A DNA stretch of 64,000 nucleotides from Hydrolagus affinis (lineage: Eukaryota): positions 1-64,000 of the forward strand of contig JAAILG010001132.1 of assembly GCA_012026655.1 (NCBI GenBank). The letters are read 5' to 3'. How positions within the stretch are numbered: position 1 is the first letter of the stretch; every line of letters starts with the position of its first letter. Of the stretch, positions 47,831-61,028 are shown piece by piece. The notes below the pieces were generated by a model that saw only the letters and a list, made by a program, of their open reading frames with translations, did not search any database and had not been told where the DNA came from. The translations under genes were made by a program, and so were the position numbers.

Positions 47831-50800
47831 GTTATAACCAACAGCGGACAGAACCATACTCCCCTCTCTGAGCTTCGGACCACCTTGAGGACAGAGCTAG
47901 AATTCCTTTCGGGGAAGCGCTCGTCTACAGAGGGAGGAGCAGTACTACTTTGTTTTGCAGCACTGCTGGCAAGGATGAGGGAGATACCACAGTGATTCAC
48001 ACATTTTGCCAGCTGCAAAACCTATCTCGTGCTTGTAATCTGCTGATTTCACATAGTTGTTATGTCATGTATTTTTAAGTTCCACCAAAAACTGTTTATA
48101 CTGGGAAAGTTTTCCATTATACAGCACTTATTGTAACAGGATCCTTCAGGCAATTAGTTTACATAACTCTGGATAAATAGCATGTACACTGGCGGTAATA
48201 AATACAGATGTCAAACTGACCCAACCCGTTGAAAAATCAACAGAGAGCACACATATTTACAAAAGTGGCACATGGGTCATTAATTTACTGCACACTAAAA
48301 GAAAATGATCCTTAGTGTTGTGTTACACATTTCAGAGAACAGGCATCCGTGGAAATTAATCAGTGGACAAATCATTTGAGCTTTCAAATATAAAGGCTTC
48401 AAATAGGCAGTCCAAAAAACTGCTCCAACACGACGTGGCAAGCTTCAGATCTGGGTCATTCTATCAGGGTCAGATTCCAAAGGGAATGACCAGGCTTTGG
48501 GTACCTGTTTCCTGGTGAAAACCACCAGGACCACAAGGTTTTCACAGAGCCAGAGAGAAAACAGGAACCCAAGGGATCCAGGTGCACCCACATCCAAACC
48601 AACAGGGTGAAGAATTGTTTGTGTAAGAGAGACACACATACACACACACACCACACACACGGCAATTCTGTGCACCACACCAAAAAAAAACCTCATCTAT
48701 AATTAGATACAAAAACACAAATGAACATTACACTAAGTACAGTTTTAGGTTTTTTCACAGGCATTAGATGCGCTAAAAAAAACACACACACACTAAAGGC
48801 ATAAGTTTGTTCACTGTCTCCATCCTGTGGCCAGACTTAAGTTTCATGCAATCCGTATGTGTTCAGGCAGGTTACTCCGTACCTTGTTCCAAAACCACCA
48901 GGAGCAAAGGGTGGATGATTATAAAGAGTGATATGTCTACCATAATGCACGAATGCTCTACGGCTAGATAGCATCAATGTTTATAAGATTTGTCAGAACC
49001 ATTCCTTTTCAAAATATATTCAGACATGGGCAGTTTTCTGAATTCAGCCACAATTATTGGGCATAGTTTACATATTTTCTGTTCTTCATATGGAACTTAC
49101 ACGGTTGGCTTTCCCCCCCACTCCCTGAGATTGTACTCAAGGTTATACATGCAAATCTAGAGCAGAGAAAGAGGCCATTTGGCCCATCAAACCTACATCG
49201 ACTCAGAGAGGATTTTGCTTCAATCCCACCACCCTGCCGTATCCCTATACCCCTTCAAGACCCACTCTTTCATAAGCCCATCTGCTGCCTTCTTGGAAAC
49301 AACCTCCACCATCATTTCTAAATAAAATTCCTTATGTAATCCTATAGTTTGGAGGCAATAGGCTGGTAACATGTACTTATAGCAAAAAGCATTGGATAGC
49401 AATTCAGAATTGGAATGTTGGCTAATATTTCTCTCTCAAGCTCAGGCAGGTAGAGGTGGGATGCAACTCAACGCTGCCTTGACTAAACCTATTATGAAGC
49501 ATGCAATAAACCTGGGAACTCCCTTGGTTTACCTGGATCAGTGAAACAATCTGAGCTTTCCAAACAAATCATTTCAGCTCAAGAATTTATTTTGCTGAAA
49601 GCCTGACATTCCTAAGTATTTGAATGATTTGTAACTGTCTGATTAAAACGAAGCGTGTGTTATTTTACTTGCTAACATACACAGATCTAAGCATATCAAT
49701 TTACATCAGTGTTTAATAACAAAGGAAGCAACGGAAGGAGGTTAGAGAACTAGGGAACAGGCGAGGGGAACAGGAATATAAACTCCAGCAGAGTAATTGA
49801 ACAAAATGGCTACTCTATGTGGGAATTTCCCAACATTCACTTTCTGGTCATAAATATCAAGACCTTTCATTTGGGTTGAGTACTGGAGAGAGGCCAACAC
49901 CATAGTATCGCACCCATCTTGAGTCATTGCCTTCAGTAGAAGGTTGGTTCAGGGTGGGGTAGGAATCGCCTAATAACAAGCAGCTCCCAGATATCCAGTT
50001 TAATTACTGTACTTTACATTCAGGGCTAGATATCATGAGCATTTTAGTCAAATTGATTTTTCTTCCATTTTAGTGGTGTGATTGAGTGTTAGGACAATTT
50101 TTTTTTACATAAATAAAAGAATCCAAGAAAGATTACGATAAAGATCCTAAGGAAATGGATCTGTCACCACAAATATCAGGGTAAAATAACTTGTTAAGTC
50201 TCCGTAAATCACTTAACTCAAACCCGGACATACTTCCATGTTTAGTGTGTGTACTAGACGAAAAAGCACATTGCACAAAACGCTATTTCAGAACATGTTC
50301 TCAAAATTCAAAGTATGCTTCATCTGTGCTTCAAGACAGATTAAGGGCCCAAGAATATTACCTGATATTCATCACTTAGCCTAGTAAAAAAAAATTGCAC
50401 TTTAATTACAAAGTTGATTGGATGTGATTTTGTCGGTGCTGTGCGTTAGTGATGAACAATTTTTACTTTAAAATCTTTGCATAAAATCAAGCATGCATAA
50501 TTGCCTACTGCTATAACAAGAATATTTTATTCAGAAAAATGAATTATAGTTTTACTTATCTTGGCTGTCCAGAATACCGTATACATGATTTAAGCCACTG
50601 TCATCATCTCAAGCTTTTCATTTCTCAAGGATTTCTTCAGATGTCAGTAAGATTCACAAGGGGCCAGACACTAGACCTCTCGGCGACTACGAAATGCTGC
50701 AAAGTTTCTAGTTTGATCGGAAGTTGTTCAAATACAGGCAAGGTCAGCCTGCCATATGCTATCCTGGTTCCCAATTCACAATGCATTTTATGCAGCACCA

Positions 50801-52137
50801 CCCGGCTGAGATAAGCTAATAGCACAGAGGGTTTTTGCGGCCTTTTTGGCTGTATACCTCATCAAAATTGACTGCCGTGGAGGGAGCCCAAATTCTGAAT
50901 TTGAATACTATTTTTATTCCCCTCCTAATGGTACGCCTGGAGATTTTTAATCTCCATAATAATAAGCCTGGATTTAAATACGGAGCTTTATTGAGTCATC
51001 AAAATGTCCAAGGAGTTCCAGAGGATCTGACTGTATGTATCATGACTAACTTAGCTAAAAGTGGACGTGCATTTGTATCTGGTAATGTCCCACAAACCGA
51101 TGTGAGATGAATAACAAATTTTAGGACACTGGGAGAAACTCTTTATTTTTTGAAGTGCCATTTAACAAACAACTCAAATGAACTGTGGACTGTGGCTACC
51201 ACTGCAATTGCCACCGATAGAACACACCTTATGGACGCCAAAATCCAAAAGATTTCTTATCCCTCAATGACGACACGATGACTGTAACAAGACATTTTCG
51301 TTGATCAAATAATTGATTCAAAAGATTTAAAAGAGGCAGCATAACTAGTTCATGATTTTGAGTACAGCCTCTCGGCTAGAAGATGCCAAATGTATTCTGT
51401 GTTCACTGTGAATAGACCTTGCAAAAAATAGGAAAAGAAAAATGTAAAAATAGACAAAACATTTTTGTAACACAAGTCTGGAGCAACAGCTGGCAATAGT
51501 GCATTTATAGTAATACTTCTATTTCTGTCTGGCTGGAAGATTTAAAAATGCAACCACTCCCATTTAAAAAGACTTCAACGTGTGTTATGTGTGTGATTCC
51601 AAACAATACAGCTTTGATTCCCTGGCTAACCAATGGTCTGTATTTGTCAGTATTAGCAAACAAAGTTGTTCTTAAAATTTGCTGGAACATATCGTAAGCT
51701 GTTGCTTTCTCTGTTGGTGTCAAGTTACATACAAAGAACCCAATTAAAAGGTTAGATAAAAATTTCAAAACATTTAAACGAGGAAGCAGTGGCAGCTAGA
51801 GCGCGTGAGGCGAGGCACTTTGTGAAGGAATGGAAATTGCTAGTGCTTCTTGCACATGGTATGCAGGAAGTGACATTAACCTGTCAATTCAGGGTCAACC
51901 GTGTTTTCAAGCTTTATTTTAACCAGCCTCAGTTTACATACCAGATCACTAGGTATGAATTAGGTTGCCCTGTGAAAAGGACAGGTTGCAGGCTGCAATA
52001 GCACGGACACAATTGGCTACTTTCCTGAAATTTCTGTTTAGCTCAGGAGCCTAAGATGCATTTACTCACTTCCAAAAGAAGAATACAGGATAACATTATT
52101 CTTAATCAGCACCTTGGGATGTCCTCCTGATGTGAAA

Positions 52138-52330
52138 TAATAATAATCATCCTTGCATTTGATATAGCACTTTTCACGTCTTCTAGACGTCTCAAAGCGC
52201 TTCACAGAATATACTGTAAAGTGAATTCACTGTGGATGAAACACAGCAGCCAATTACGTACAGCAGTGTCCTATAAGTAGTTGTGGATTGAAGTGACCAG
52301 TTTTATTAGTTTTTTTCAGGGATTATTATT
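52138..52330 (-). mobile_element. 5'-truncated SINE nested inside an L2 tail
   Basis: The L2 tail is split: ttgggatgtcctcctgatgtgaa [SINE, minus] gcgaaaggtgctatacaaatgtaattttgttgttgtt. Confidence 0.75.
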
Positions 52331-52720
52331 AGCGCGAAAGGTGCTATACAAATGTAATTTTGTTGTTGTTATGCATATGGATCGAGGGTAATGCTGCGCA
52401 TGTGAGATATTGTCTCCTTAGACTACGTGGACTCAGTGAAAGAATGTACTGTATGTTTAAATTAAATGGCCTCAAATGATTCATTGCTATGAATAAAGCC
52501 AATGCGCTTTTCTGTAACATTTTAGATGTGTCTAATTTCACAAATGCAAACAGCCACAAAGCAAAGGGAACATTCATTACCACTGAATGCGTTTTACAGA
52601 ACACAGAAATCGGTGCTAACAACTTCTGTGAGTAATTATCAAAGTGGTTTAATTTCAAAGTGAAACATTAGTCAATATAACGGGTACTTAAATAGGACAA
52701 AACTCTGTGGAATACATTAA

Positions 52721-52726
52721 TTTATT
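52721..52726 (-). terminator. Candidate FNBP1L polyadenylation signal
   Basis: AATAAA on the minus strand followed by GU/U-rich ttccacagagttttgtcc. It marks the end of a SINE-free, AT-rich stretch of about 2.8 kb that looks like 3'UTR. An alternative signal lies at 53376-53381. Confidence 0.45.
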
Positions 52727-55507
52727 TAAACAATTCTCAACAGAGTAATTTAAACAGTGTTTTTAAAAACAAGTCAAAAAATCAAGGCATACATAAACAT
52801 TAATTCAAAACCTTAGCTGTTTTTCAGCCTACATTCTACTTTGCCCGACAACTTTTGAGTTACAATTTTAACCCTATCCTCACACACTGTATACAACTTG
52901 AAAAATGTTACGATGTGCAAGTACAATCTTCTGAGTTAACGTTCTCCTTTTTACTCATATCTGGTAAATATTCCTCACAAAAAGCAGCATGTCTAAAAAT
53001 TACATTACAAAGCAAAAAGCATTACATTAAGAACTAGATTCATCAGCTCCAGTTGTCTAACCGCAGATCTATAACTAAGCAAAGAACTTTTCTATTACAT
53101 TCTAGGACTTTCACAGTTAACCTCTGAAAATATCAAAAAGATCAGATCATTCATACTTAGTAGTGGCTTCTTAAAGAGATTATTTTCCATCGCATCACCA
53201 ATACTCGCATACTGGCTTGTGTCAGTGAAGCACAACAAAACAAATTGTGTGCTACACTTTGAAGTGAACTTTCAACTGCTAATTTATACTGATTACACAA
53301 TTTAAAAAAAACACATACATACTGAATATGTGGAAACATGAAGAGTTTTGCTTTGAATTTTTTTATATAAAGTTATTTATTTTAAACCAAATATTCCTAA
53401 TATGTAAAAGGATTAGTTACATGTACTTAACTGGGTGAAAAATTAAGTGTGTATCTAATCTGTCACAATACTGTAGTCGCTTAACAGGAATTCACAGTGA
53501 AACAGGCGTAAAAATGTTTTGTTGGATGCTATTCAATGAATATTTTTTTACTTAAATGTTTTCATGGTGGTTATTCATGTAGGTAATTATACAAAGTTTC
53601 CCATTAACTTCTATTTGCTTTTTACTGGATATTTGCAGAACACATATTTGGGCTAGCTTCCAAGTGTTATGTCCTTATCTGTGCCATTTCCATCTCAACT
53701 TGTCTGGTTTTAATGAAGTTATTATTTGAAACAAAACACTAATGTTTCTCTTTGTACAATACACTGTTGTTTCTTCAAATCAAAAGACCATTTAGCTTCT
53801 TTGCAAAAGATCGCACACGTTTTACAATCTCCTCGTGCTTCTATTATGGGAACGTCTCTGTCTCACGCGCATGCACGCGCACACCAACACATACGTCTAT
53901 TTGGTAAAAATCTATTTAAAGTGGACAATTCTTCAATGTAAGAAATATTTAGTTATTGGGTTTGAAAAAAGGCAGGAACAGAAATTCCCGCTTTACATAG
54001 AAACGTATTCATTGCGGCACTGAGAAAAATCTACAATTAGGATCACGGAATGAATACCGACAAGCATGTAAAAGGACAATATTTGCATTTCATGCAATTT
54101 TAAGTATTCTGAAAAAACATCTGCAATTACTGCTTAACAAGATAAAAGTGCACGTGGTTTAGGTTACGTACAATATCCACAAGAGTCAACATATCCCTAC
54201 ATCGACATTTGAGGCCACATCAGAATACAGCACCAGTATAGCTATTCTGATTAAATCATAAGGTCGTATAAACTAAAACGTTATTTTCTAAAACGTCAAA
54301 CCCGGTAAGAGAAAAAAAATTATAAAATTCTAAATTTTTTTAAAAAAACATTCATTTCGAAAACAATTTTGTTTTAACCCATACAAATCTTTAGTTTTAA
54401 AAACAATATAAATAGACTGAAATTTAGTTGCACAATTCTTCAAGTATTATAATACATTTACCTATTATATATGCCTACATCAGCAGCTGGAGTACCAAGA
54501 GAATAATACAGAAATCAATCAAACCAATGAGCTGTCATGAGCCTAAAACACAGGAAAGCCTATGAGAGACGACTAGAAATAGCCAGTCAGCAGATTCAGG
54601 CACTCTTCTGTTAAAACAGTGGATTTTAAGGCAGCAGATGTTCAGTGAAATAATGGTAAAATTATATATAGTTGGTGTTTCTTCACAGAGCCCACGGTGC
54701 ACATTTTTTATTTAAAAAAAATCTGTGGCAAGTTGTCTCTGTTTATAGTGAACTCTTTCTGCTTTCCTGAAGCCAAATGTAGTTTTTTTTTCCATTCATG
54801 CTTCCAATGACTCTTGATTTTGGTTGATTCAATATTCAAACAAAAAATTGCAGGCCAGAAGCAAGAAAGGAGGAGAATGTATATACTGTATACGGACAAC
54901 AATGAACACTAGCACTTGGGGGAGATTTTAAATGCAGACTGACAGTGGTCACACTACAATAATCATGCAGTGAACAGGGCACATACAGGTAGCAGCACAA
55001 ATGAAAATGGAATGGTACTACAGATGCTAAATGTTTCAAAGGGGTGACATTGACTAACGGTGACAACATCAGTAAAACAGGCGAAAACAGTGCAGTAGAA
55101 ATATTTCTGAAGTGAATATTTTGTCTGAAGTACTAGGGCATGCAACAGCAAATTAGGGTGAGCATGTGGGATGGCACAGAAAGACAACACTCAGTTTTAA
55201 AAATACCATCTGATGGTCAAGCCATATATTGTTATATGTGCTGTACCTTGGGACAGATTAAACTTTGGCATTGATTAGACTTATGAAATACTATATTACT
55301 GATTTACCAGAGCACATGAATTACATCGAGAATGGTGTTAATCATGTTAGTGATGAAATAAACCTCTAAGCAAACATGCAAATTCCTCCTCCCTTTTCAC
55401 CTAGTAGCCTCAATTTTTCAACTAGTGTTCTTTCCCCACCCAAAAGAGCAGCTGCATGCAACTTCCTTCAATGCCTCGCCCAATGTTTCAAGAACCCACA
55501 CACCAAT

Positions 55508-55515
55508 TCAGGAAC
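55508..55515 (-). CDS. FNBP1L: FNBP1L alternative terminal coding exon giving ...KNSKGS*
   Basis: Minus strand ctttctttttctttcctctggactgcag|GTTCCTGA. It joins the internal donor AAAG|gtgcag at 56322/56321 (phase 1): G+GT TCC TGA. Confidence 0.85.
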
Positions 55516-56301
55516 CTGCAGTCCAGAGGAAAGAAAAAGAAAGCACCATTACTAAATTCATTTGTATCAAAGGAAAAGGTAGAAACTGCAGAATTTTAAG
55601 ACAGACCCAATAACCTTTAAATTAAAGAAAGCATCAGATTGGCACCCAGGTTTTCAAATCAATTCAGCTTAAATTGGCTCAAGGTAGATTTTATGTTAGA
55701 AATGAGTAAAGTATTACTCGGGTAAAATTCTCCAGATCATTCTTAGTTAAAATGTAGGTGAAATGTCTAGCTTTTAGTGAATCATGAGCATAAATACTTC
55801 AATGAACCCCTTGTATTCAAAGGTTATTTATTGCAAACATAGTATATTTAATTATATAAATTTATCAATGAAATTGCTAAGAATCAGCATTAGATAACAT
55901 TGGAAAATAATACAAATTCTGTGGCCAAAACTTTACATCCAAAAATTGAAAAACCTATCATTAACCAATTAAAATATGTATAAAACACCAAGAACCATCA
56001 CCTGTATACGTATTCACAACATTTAATGCAACTGGAATGATAACAATTATTATTGCATCAAGCAATATTAGGATTCAACGGTTTTCAAATAGTTTTGACA
56101 TACAATAACCCAGATCTGGCATATTCCAAATATCTAAAACATTTTTTTAAATTCAGTAACAAAGTTTGGCTCACATGGTGAACAAGCAATTTAATAACAG
56201 GAACATGGGAAGGAAAAGGATTCATAGTCCTAATGTTGCAGTTAACTATTGAAATCCATCTTTCCTGCCCCTGTAAGCGTTTAACCACATGCAGGTTACA
56301 T

Positions 56302-56480
56302 TTATATATAAGTCACTGCACCTTTACTGTTCTTCTCTAGCGTAATATCTATATACGAAGTTGGCACATATCCTTCTTCTCCATTCTGTTTCCGAGCTCT
56401 TGTCCAACCGTCTCCTTTATCTTCTTCAATAACATACATTACCTCTCCCTCTTGCATCAATAATGTTCCTTCATTTTGTC
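56302..56480 (-). CDS. FNBP1L: FNBP1L SH3 exon ([59 protein letters not shown])
   Basis: SH3 motifs GDGW and GYVPTSY. The [11 protein letters not shown]-terminus distinguishes FNBP1L from FNBP1 and TRIP10. Acceptor ttcatag. Confidence 0.97.
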
Positions 56481-57248
56481 CTATGAAGATAAAAAAAATT
56501 GACATCTAACATTTGACAGGTCTTCAGACACAGCTGCAGAATTTATCTGGTGTCGGCTGCTCTACAGCAAGAATGATCAAAAATGACTGATGCGATTCTC
56601 AGTCAGCTTGCAGCCAAGCTACCCTGGTTCATGCTCTGGAAAGCACTTCAGCTTTTAGTTCAATTACAAAAAATCCACAATTGTTGGAAATCTAAAATAA
56701 AAAAATTTAAATGTTGAAATACAAGAGAAGGTTGTGCTCTCCCAAAATTTTAACGCATCTTTTTCTTTTAGATGTCAATTCTGCAAAACTGCATTTTCCA
56801 AAATTGTTCTCGTGCGCAAAGAATCTGCATTGACAATTTTTAAAAAAAAATCTTCATTAAATGTTTTTTTTTCCTGCAGCCTTGTTGTAAACATTCCAGT
56901 CAGGAGAACACATGAGCAGCTTGAATGGACCTGGAAATATTTCTGTAAAACGAACAATTCTCATTAAACAAATTGATAAGTCACATTGCTTAAACCGACA
57001 CTCCAGTTTACCACAAGTAATTGCGAAATATATTGCAGGTAAAAGAAAATCGCAAATTGTTAAAATCGATACAGAAAACTCTTTCAAGATGTTCTTTGTA
57101 ATAAACAGACTGGAGGATATGTTTTTTTGTTGCCGAATTTTCAGAAACAAAATTGAATATCAAAAGGTACTGCTAGATTGTGGAAATTTGGATAAGAAAA
57201 TACTGTGTAGCACAAAGCGTAAAGTTCAGAGCAAACTGAAAACCGTAC

Positions 57249-57403
57249 CATCAAATGGGTACAGTGATTTGCAGTGGCCAATAGCAGGGAGAGGCTCATC
57301 ATCTTCAAATTCATCCTCAAATTCCGGGGCCTGGCGTGGGTCTGGATTTCTGTGATGCCCTTTTTGTTCCTGGTTCGCATCGTCTGTGTAACTCCCTTCG
57401 GGG
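57249..57403 (-). CDS. FNBP1L: FNBP1L exon ([13 protein letters not shown]...[21 protein letters not shown])
   Basis: Matches human [13 protein letters not shown] and [19 protein letters not shown] boundaries, phases 2 to 1. Confidence 0.96.
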
Positions 57404-57817
57404 CTGATGGTAATCCAGTGATACGAAAAGGTTAATTACAATTTGCAACATTTAGCCAAGCTCTCTTTTTTTTAATATAAATGTCTAGGTTTAAATTAAC
57501 TTGTTTAATTGCATTCAGGGGCATCGATTATAAATGAGAGGGTATTTAGCTTTAATTACTCCTTGGATGTGCACCAGAAGAAATCACTCACAGAAGAATG
57601 AATTTACATTATTACGGAGTCTACCATCAAAGATTGTCAAAGTACTACTTAATAATTTTCACATGTAGTGAATTTTAAAACTAAAGGCTTCGCCTGGATT
57701 AATACAATTTACTTTAAAATTTTAAGTAAAATATTGTTTAATGGGAGGAGGTGTTGACTAGGTACACAAGTACAATCATATGTACGTTTGCTTAAAAGTT
57801 GTTAAATGCATAAATAC

Positions 57818-57930
57818 CTTTCTCTTCCTGGTGTTCCATGATGATTAGACTCAGGACGGTCAAATATGCCAGCACTTAACCTTCTATCTGTTCTTCCAGT
57901 TCCTCTGCCTTCAACTTCAGACAGCCATGA
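57818..57930 (-). CDS. FNBP1L: FNBP1L exon (SWLSEVEGRGTGRTDRRLSAGIFDRPESNHHGTPGRE)
   Basis: WLSEVEG marks the end of HR1. Acceptor ttttaaag, donor AAG|gtattt; phases 0 to 2. Confidence 0.93.
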
Positions 57931-58410
57931 CTTTAAAAGATCAATTTAGCAATAGATTAAGAACCCCCAAAAATCTATCGGTAGTACAGTATATATTAAG
58001 TCAAACGTGTCACAGTAATGTCAATAGAGCCAATGGATCCTCAAGATTCTTCCATCAACCAGTTTCATATACACATTTTGATGTTACAACTTGACTTCTT
58101 GTTTCATTTTGGCAATTAAGAATAAAGCGGTTTGCAATCATCATTGCATTGATCACCAAAATGTGCAAAATGTGAGGAGCAATATGCGAACAGATCTGGA
58201 CGTCATAAAAAAGAACCACAAACAAATTCTTGCGTTTTACTATTGCCATTACATTTTTGATAAGACTCTCCTGTTTCAGTTGTTGATAAGTACTGTATAG
58301 TTTTAGACAGAGTGAATGAGATTAGGGATGAATGTGTGTGTTGATGTTACAATTGCAGACTACTCAGTTCTCAGAGTAACTTTGTTTTAAACTATAGCAA
58401 GTCTCTTACT

Positions 58411-58721
58411 TATAATAATAATCCTTGCATTTGATAAAGCGCTTTTCACATCTTCTAGACGTCTCAAAGCACTTCACAGAATATACTGTAAAGTGAATTG
58501 ACTATATTTGTGGGTGAAATGCGGCAGCCAATTGCGCACAGCAGTGTCCCATAAAGAGTCATGGATTGAAATGACCAATTTTTATTATTGTGTTTTTTTT
58601 AAGGGATTATTATTAGATGCAAGGAAATTTGCCCACGGTTTCGCTCTGACCTGCCTGGATTCGAACACAGGTCTCACACTTGTAAGGCAAGTGCTCTAAC
58701 CACTGAGCTACAGAACTTCCA
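58411..58721 (-). mobile_element. tRNA-derived SINE, full length, starting about 8 nt after an FNBP1L donor
   Basis: Minus strand GAG|gtaataatggaagttctgtagctcagtggttagagcac...gcaaggattattattat. Confidence 0.9.
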
Positions 58722-58728
58722 TTATTAC

Positions 58729-58861
58729 CTCATTCTTCTGAACCTCCTGACGCAGTTTGTCAATGTTGCTCATGGTCTCTGCTATTCTTGGTTGCAAGCT
58801 GCTAGGATCACCCATCTGAGGATTTCGTTGATAAACATCTTTCATTTTGTTTAAGGCATCT
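58729..58861 (-). CDS. FNBP1L: FNBP1L HR1 exon ([44 protein letters not shown])
   Basis: Cdc42-binding HR1 with the MGD motif. Acceptor aaacag, donor GAG|gtaata. Confidence 0.97.
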
Positions 58862-59041
58862 CTGTTTAAGGCAAAAAAAACTGAAAACGTTTCCTTTATC
58901 CAGCAGACACAATCCATTCACATGATTATAGATAAACATGCCAGGTAACTCCACACCAAATGTTTCACCTTTGACACACCTGTTTCATTTATTATTTAGA
59001 AAATTCAAGTTGAATAATTTTGAATTGTACACTTCCTATAT

Positions 59042-59355
59042 ATAATAATAATCCTTGAATTTGATTTATTGCCTTTCACGTCCTTGAGACGTCTCAAAGC
59101 GCTTCACAGAATATACTATAAATTGAACTGACCGTGCATTTGTGGGCGAAACACGGCAGCCAATTGCACATAGCAGTGTCCCACAAACAGTCGTGGATTG
59201 AAACGACCAATTTTTTATTGTTTGTTTTCCCAAAGGGGTTATTACCAGGCATATGGAGGAAGGAAACTTGCCCAAGATTTCGCTCTGTCTGGAAATAAAT
59301 CCAGGTGTCTCGCTTGTGAGGTGAGTGCTCTACCCACTGAGCTGCAGGACTCCAC
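59042..59355 (-). mobile_element. tRNA-derived SINE, full length
   Basis: Head gtggagtcctgcagctcagtggg and the shared body and tail. Confidence 0.88.
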
Positions 59356-59403
59356 TCAGATATCTCCTATATGTGCAAAACAGTTCATTATTTGCCCTCA
59401 TAC

Positions 59404-59513
59404 CTTTGGTCTACTTCTTTCTGCAACTCCTTATTCAGCTCATCAATCCTTTGCTGCAGTTTCTTTCGCCTCTGTTCGGGTGGCAGATGACTGAAGTCTT
59501 CCAATGGAGAACC
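59404..59513 (-). CDS. FNBP1L: FNBP1L exon ([37 protein letters not shown])
   Basis: [17 protein letters not shown] is the start of HR1. Acceptor gttttag, donor AAG|gtatga. Confidence 0.97.
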
Positions 59514-61013
59514 CTAAAACGAAGATGAAATCCAATGATCACTCCAGAATACCCCCCTAATGATTATCGCACGTCTTAAAGCGTATGGATAGAAAGAACA
59601 GACTGTTCAAACCCTTATACTCATGCATTATGATCGAAAAACATTCCATTAGATATTCAATTCAAACTCACTTTTTAAGAAAATACATATTCACTTTCTA
59701 TGTCTTAGTAAAATTGTCAATGTTTTTGTTAAACAATTCCTCGAGTATTACTGCAATCAATTCACTATTAGCTTTCCACATTTGGACAGCTTTCCATTTT
59801 TTTCTCATCGAATTTATTCTCATAAACTCCTGAAAGAGACTCATACTGGGGTGTGGTTAGATAATGATTAGGTTATGCAACCCATCAGCTGCATGCCTAA
59901 ACCCATCCAGTTCTCAACCAAATTTCCACGAAAGTGCACTTTACAAAAGTGTTCACAGGATTTGTGGGACCCAAGCTAATGATGCCTTCTCTCTTTCATC
60001 AATTAGCCAAAGCTGGTTTACACACTCTTGCCGCCAGCCTACAAAATCTGCTGAGACCAGCAGATCACATCTGGAATCTTCAATTTCACAAAAAGGTAGC
60101 AAAAAGTATATCATTCATTGTACATCTTATTGGTTCAATACGTTTCTTCATAAGAGCGAACATGCAAAAAGAATATGTAAACTCATATACTGAGCCCAAC
60201 ATTATACAGTATATGCATATATATACACATACAACAAAAACCACATAAACATCGATTAGAACACACTGGGATGAAAGGAGCAGTAGGTGGATATGCAAAT
60301 ATAGATTGTGCAGCTGGGTAATTTAGCTCAACCTTTGGAAAGGAGGTGGCTAGGGGTCACCCAAGTCTACATACCTAACAACGTCAGTTCAATACTCACA
60401 TTTCTGTTAAATAAAGTTTACTTAATGGGAAAAATAAATTAAATTAATATTTTCCAAGACTAATGATATGCGGGCAGTCCTAGACTTCTAGCAGTTAATG
60501 CAAAGGGTAACCTACTTAACTTAGAATCAGGAAACTAGACTCCAGGGTTGGCCATTCTATGCAGGAAGATTGACTTCCTGAAAATGTCCTGCCCACTAGG
60601 TGGCAAGCTACATACAGACTTTGTATTGGGGGATGGTGGGGGGTGGGGAGAGGCTGAAGCCAGGAAGAGATTGGTTTAAAGTGAAACACTCATGATGCTT
60701 TTAATTTTTATTAAAAAAACATTGCGTATACAACCTGCTAAAGATGGAAAATACCAATGGATCGCACGTGTTATTTGATTTAGCAAACAATATGAGCTGC
60801 GGGGGGTGGAAATGGGAGAACAGTGCAGCAAATGCTCTAATAAAGCAAAGCAATTCAACAAGTACATTTCTTGCAAACAGTAAAAATCAGTTTCCAAGAG
60901 TTAGAAAAGGTTCAACAGCCCAGAAAGTTTTTTTTAAAAAGACAACCATAAATATTTTCAAAATAGAGTACTACAGTTTTTTAGAAGATTATTTTGTTCA
61001 ATGTGGCGCTTAC

Positions 61014-61028
61014 CAGCTTTATTGAAAG
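61014..61028 (-). CDS. FNBP1L: FNBP1L 15-nt microexon (LSIKL)
   Basis: Minus strand cctttctttttcatatgaactgagaag|CTTTCAATAAAGCTG|gtaagc, phase 0/0. It occupies the position of the recalled human FNBP1L WSVKM and FNBP1 LSLKL segments. Confidence 0.8.

Noticed and set aside
56912-57355. 147-aa plus-strand ORF
   Set aside because: It is an antisense shadow of an FNBP1L exon plus AT-rich intron, with no independent coding signal.
3897-59355. Recurrent repeats as a CRISPR-like or other prokaryotic system
   Set aside because: The repeats are dispersed, diverged, variably truncated and lie in spliceosomal introns. There is no regular spacer array or cas-like ORF.
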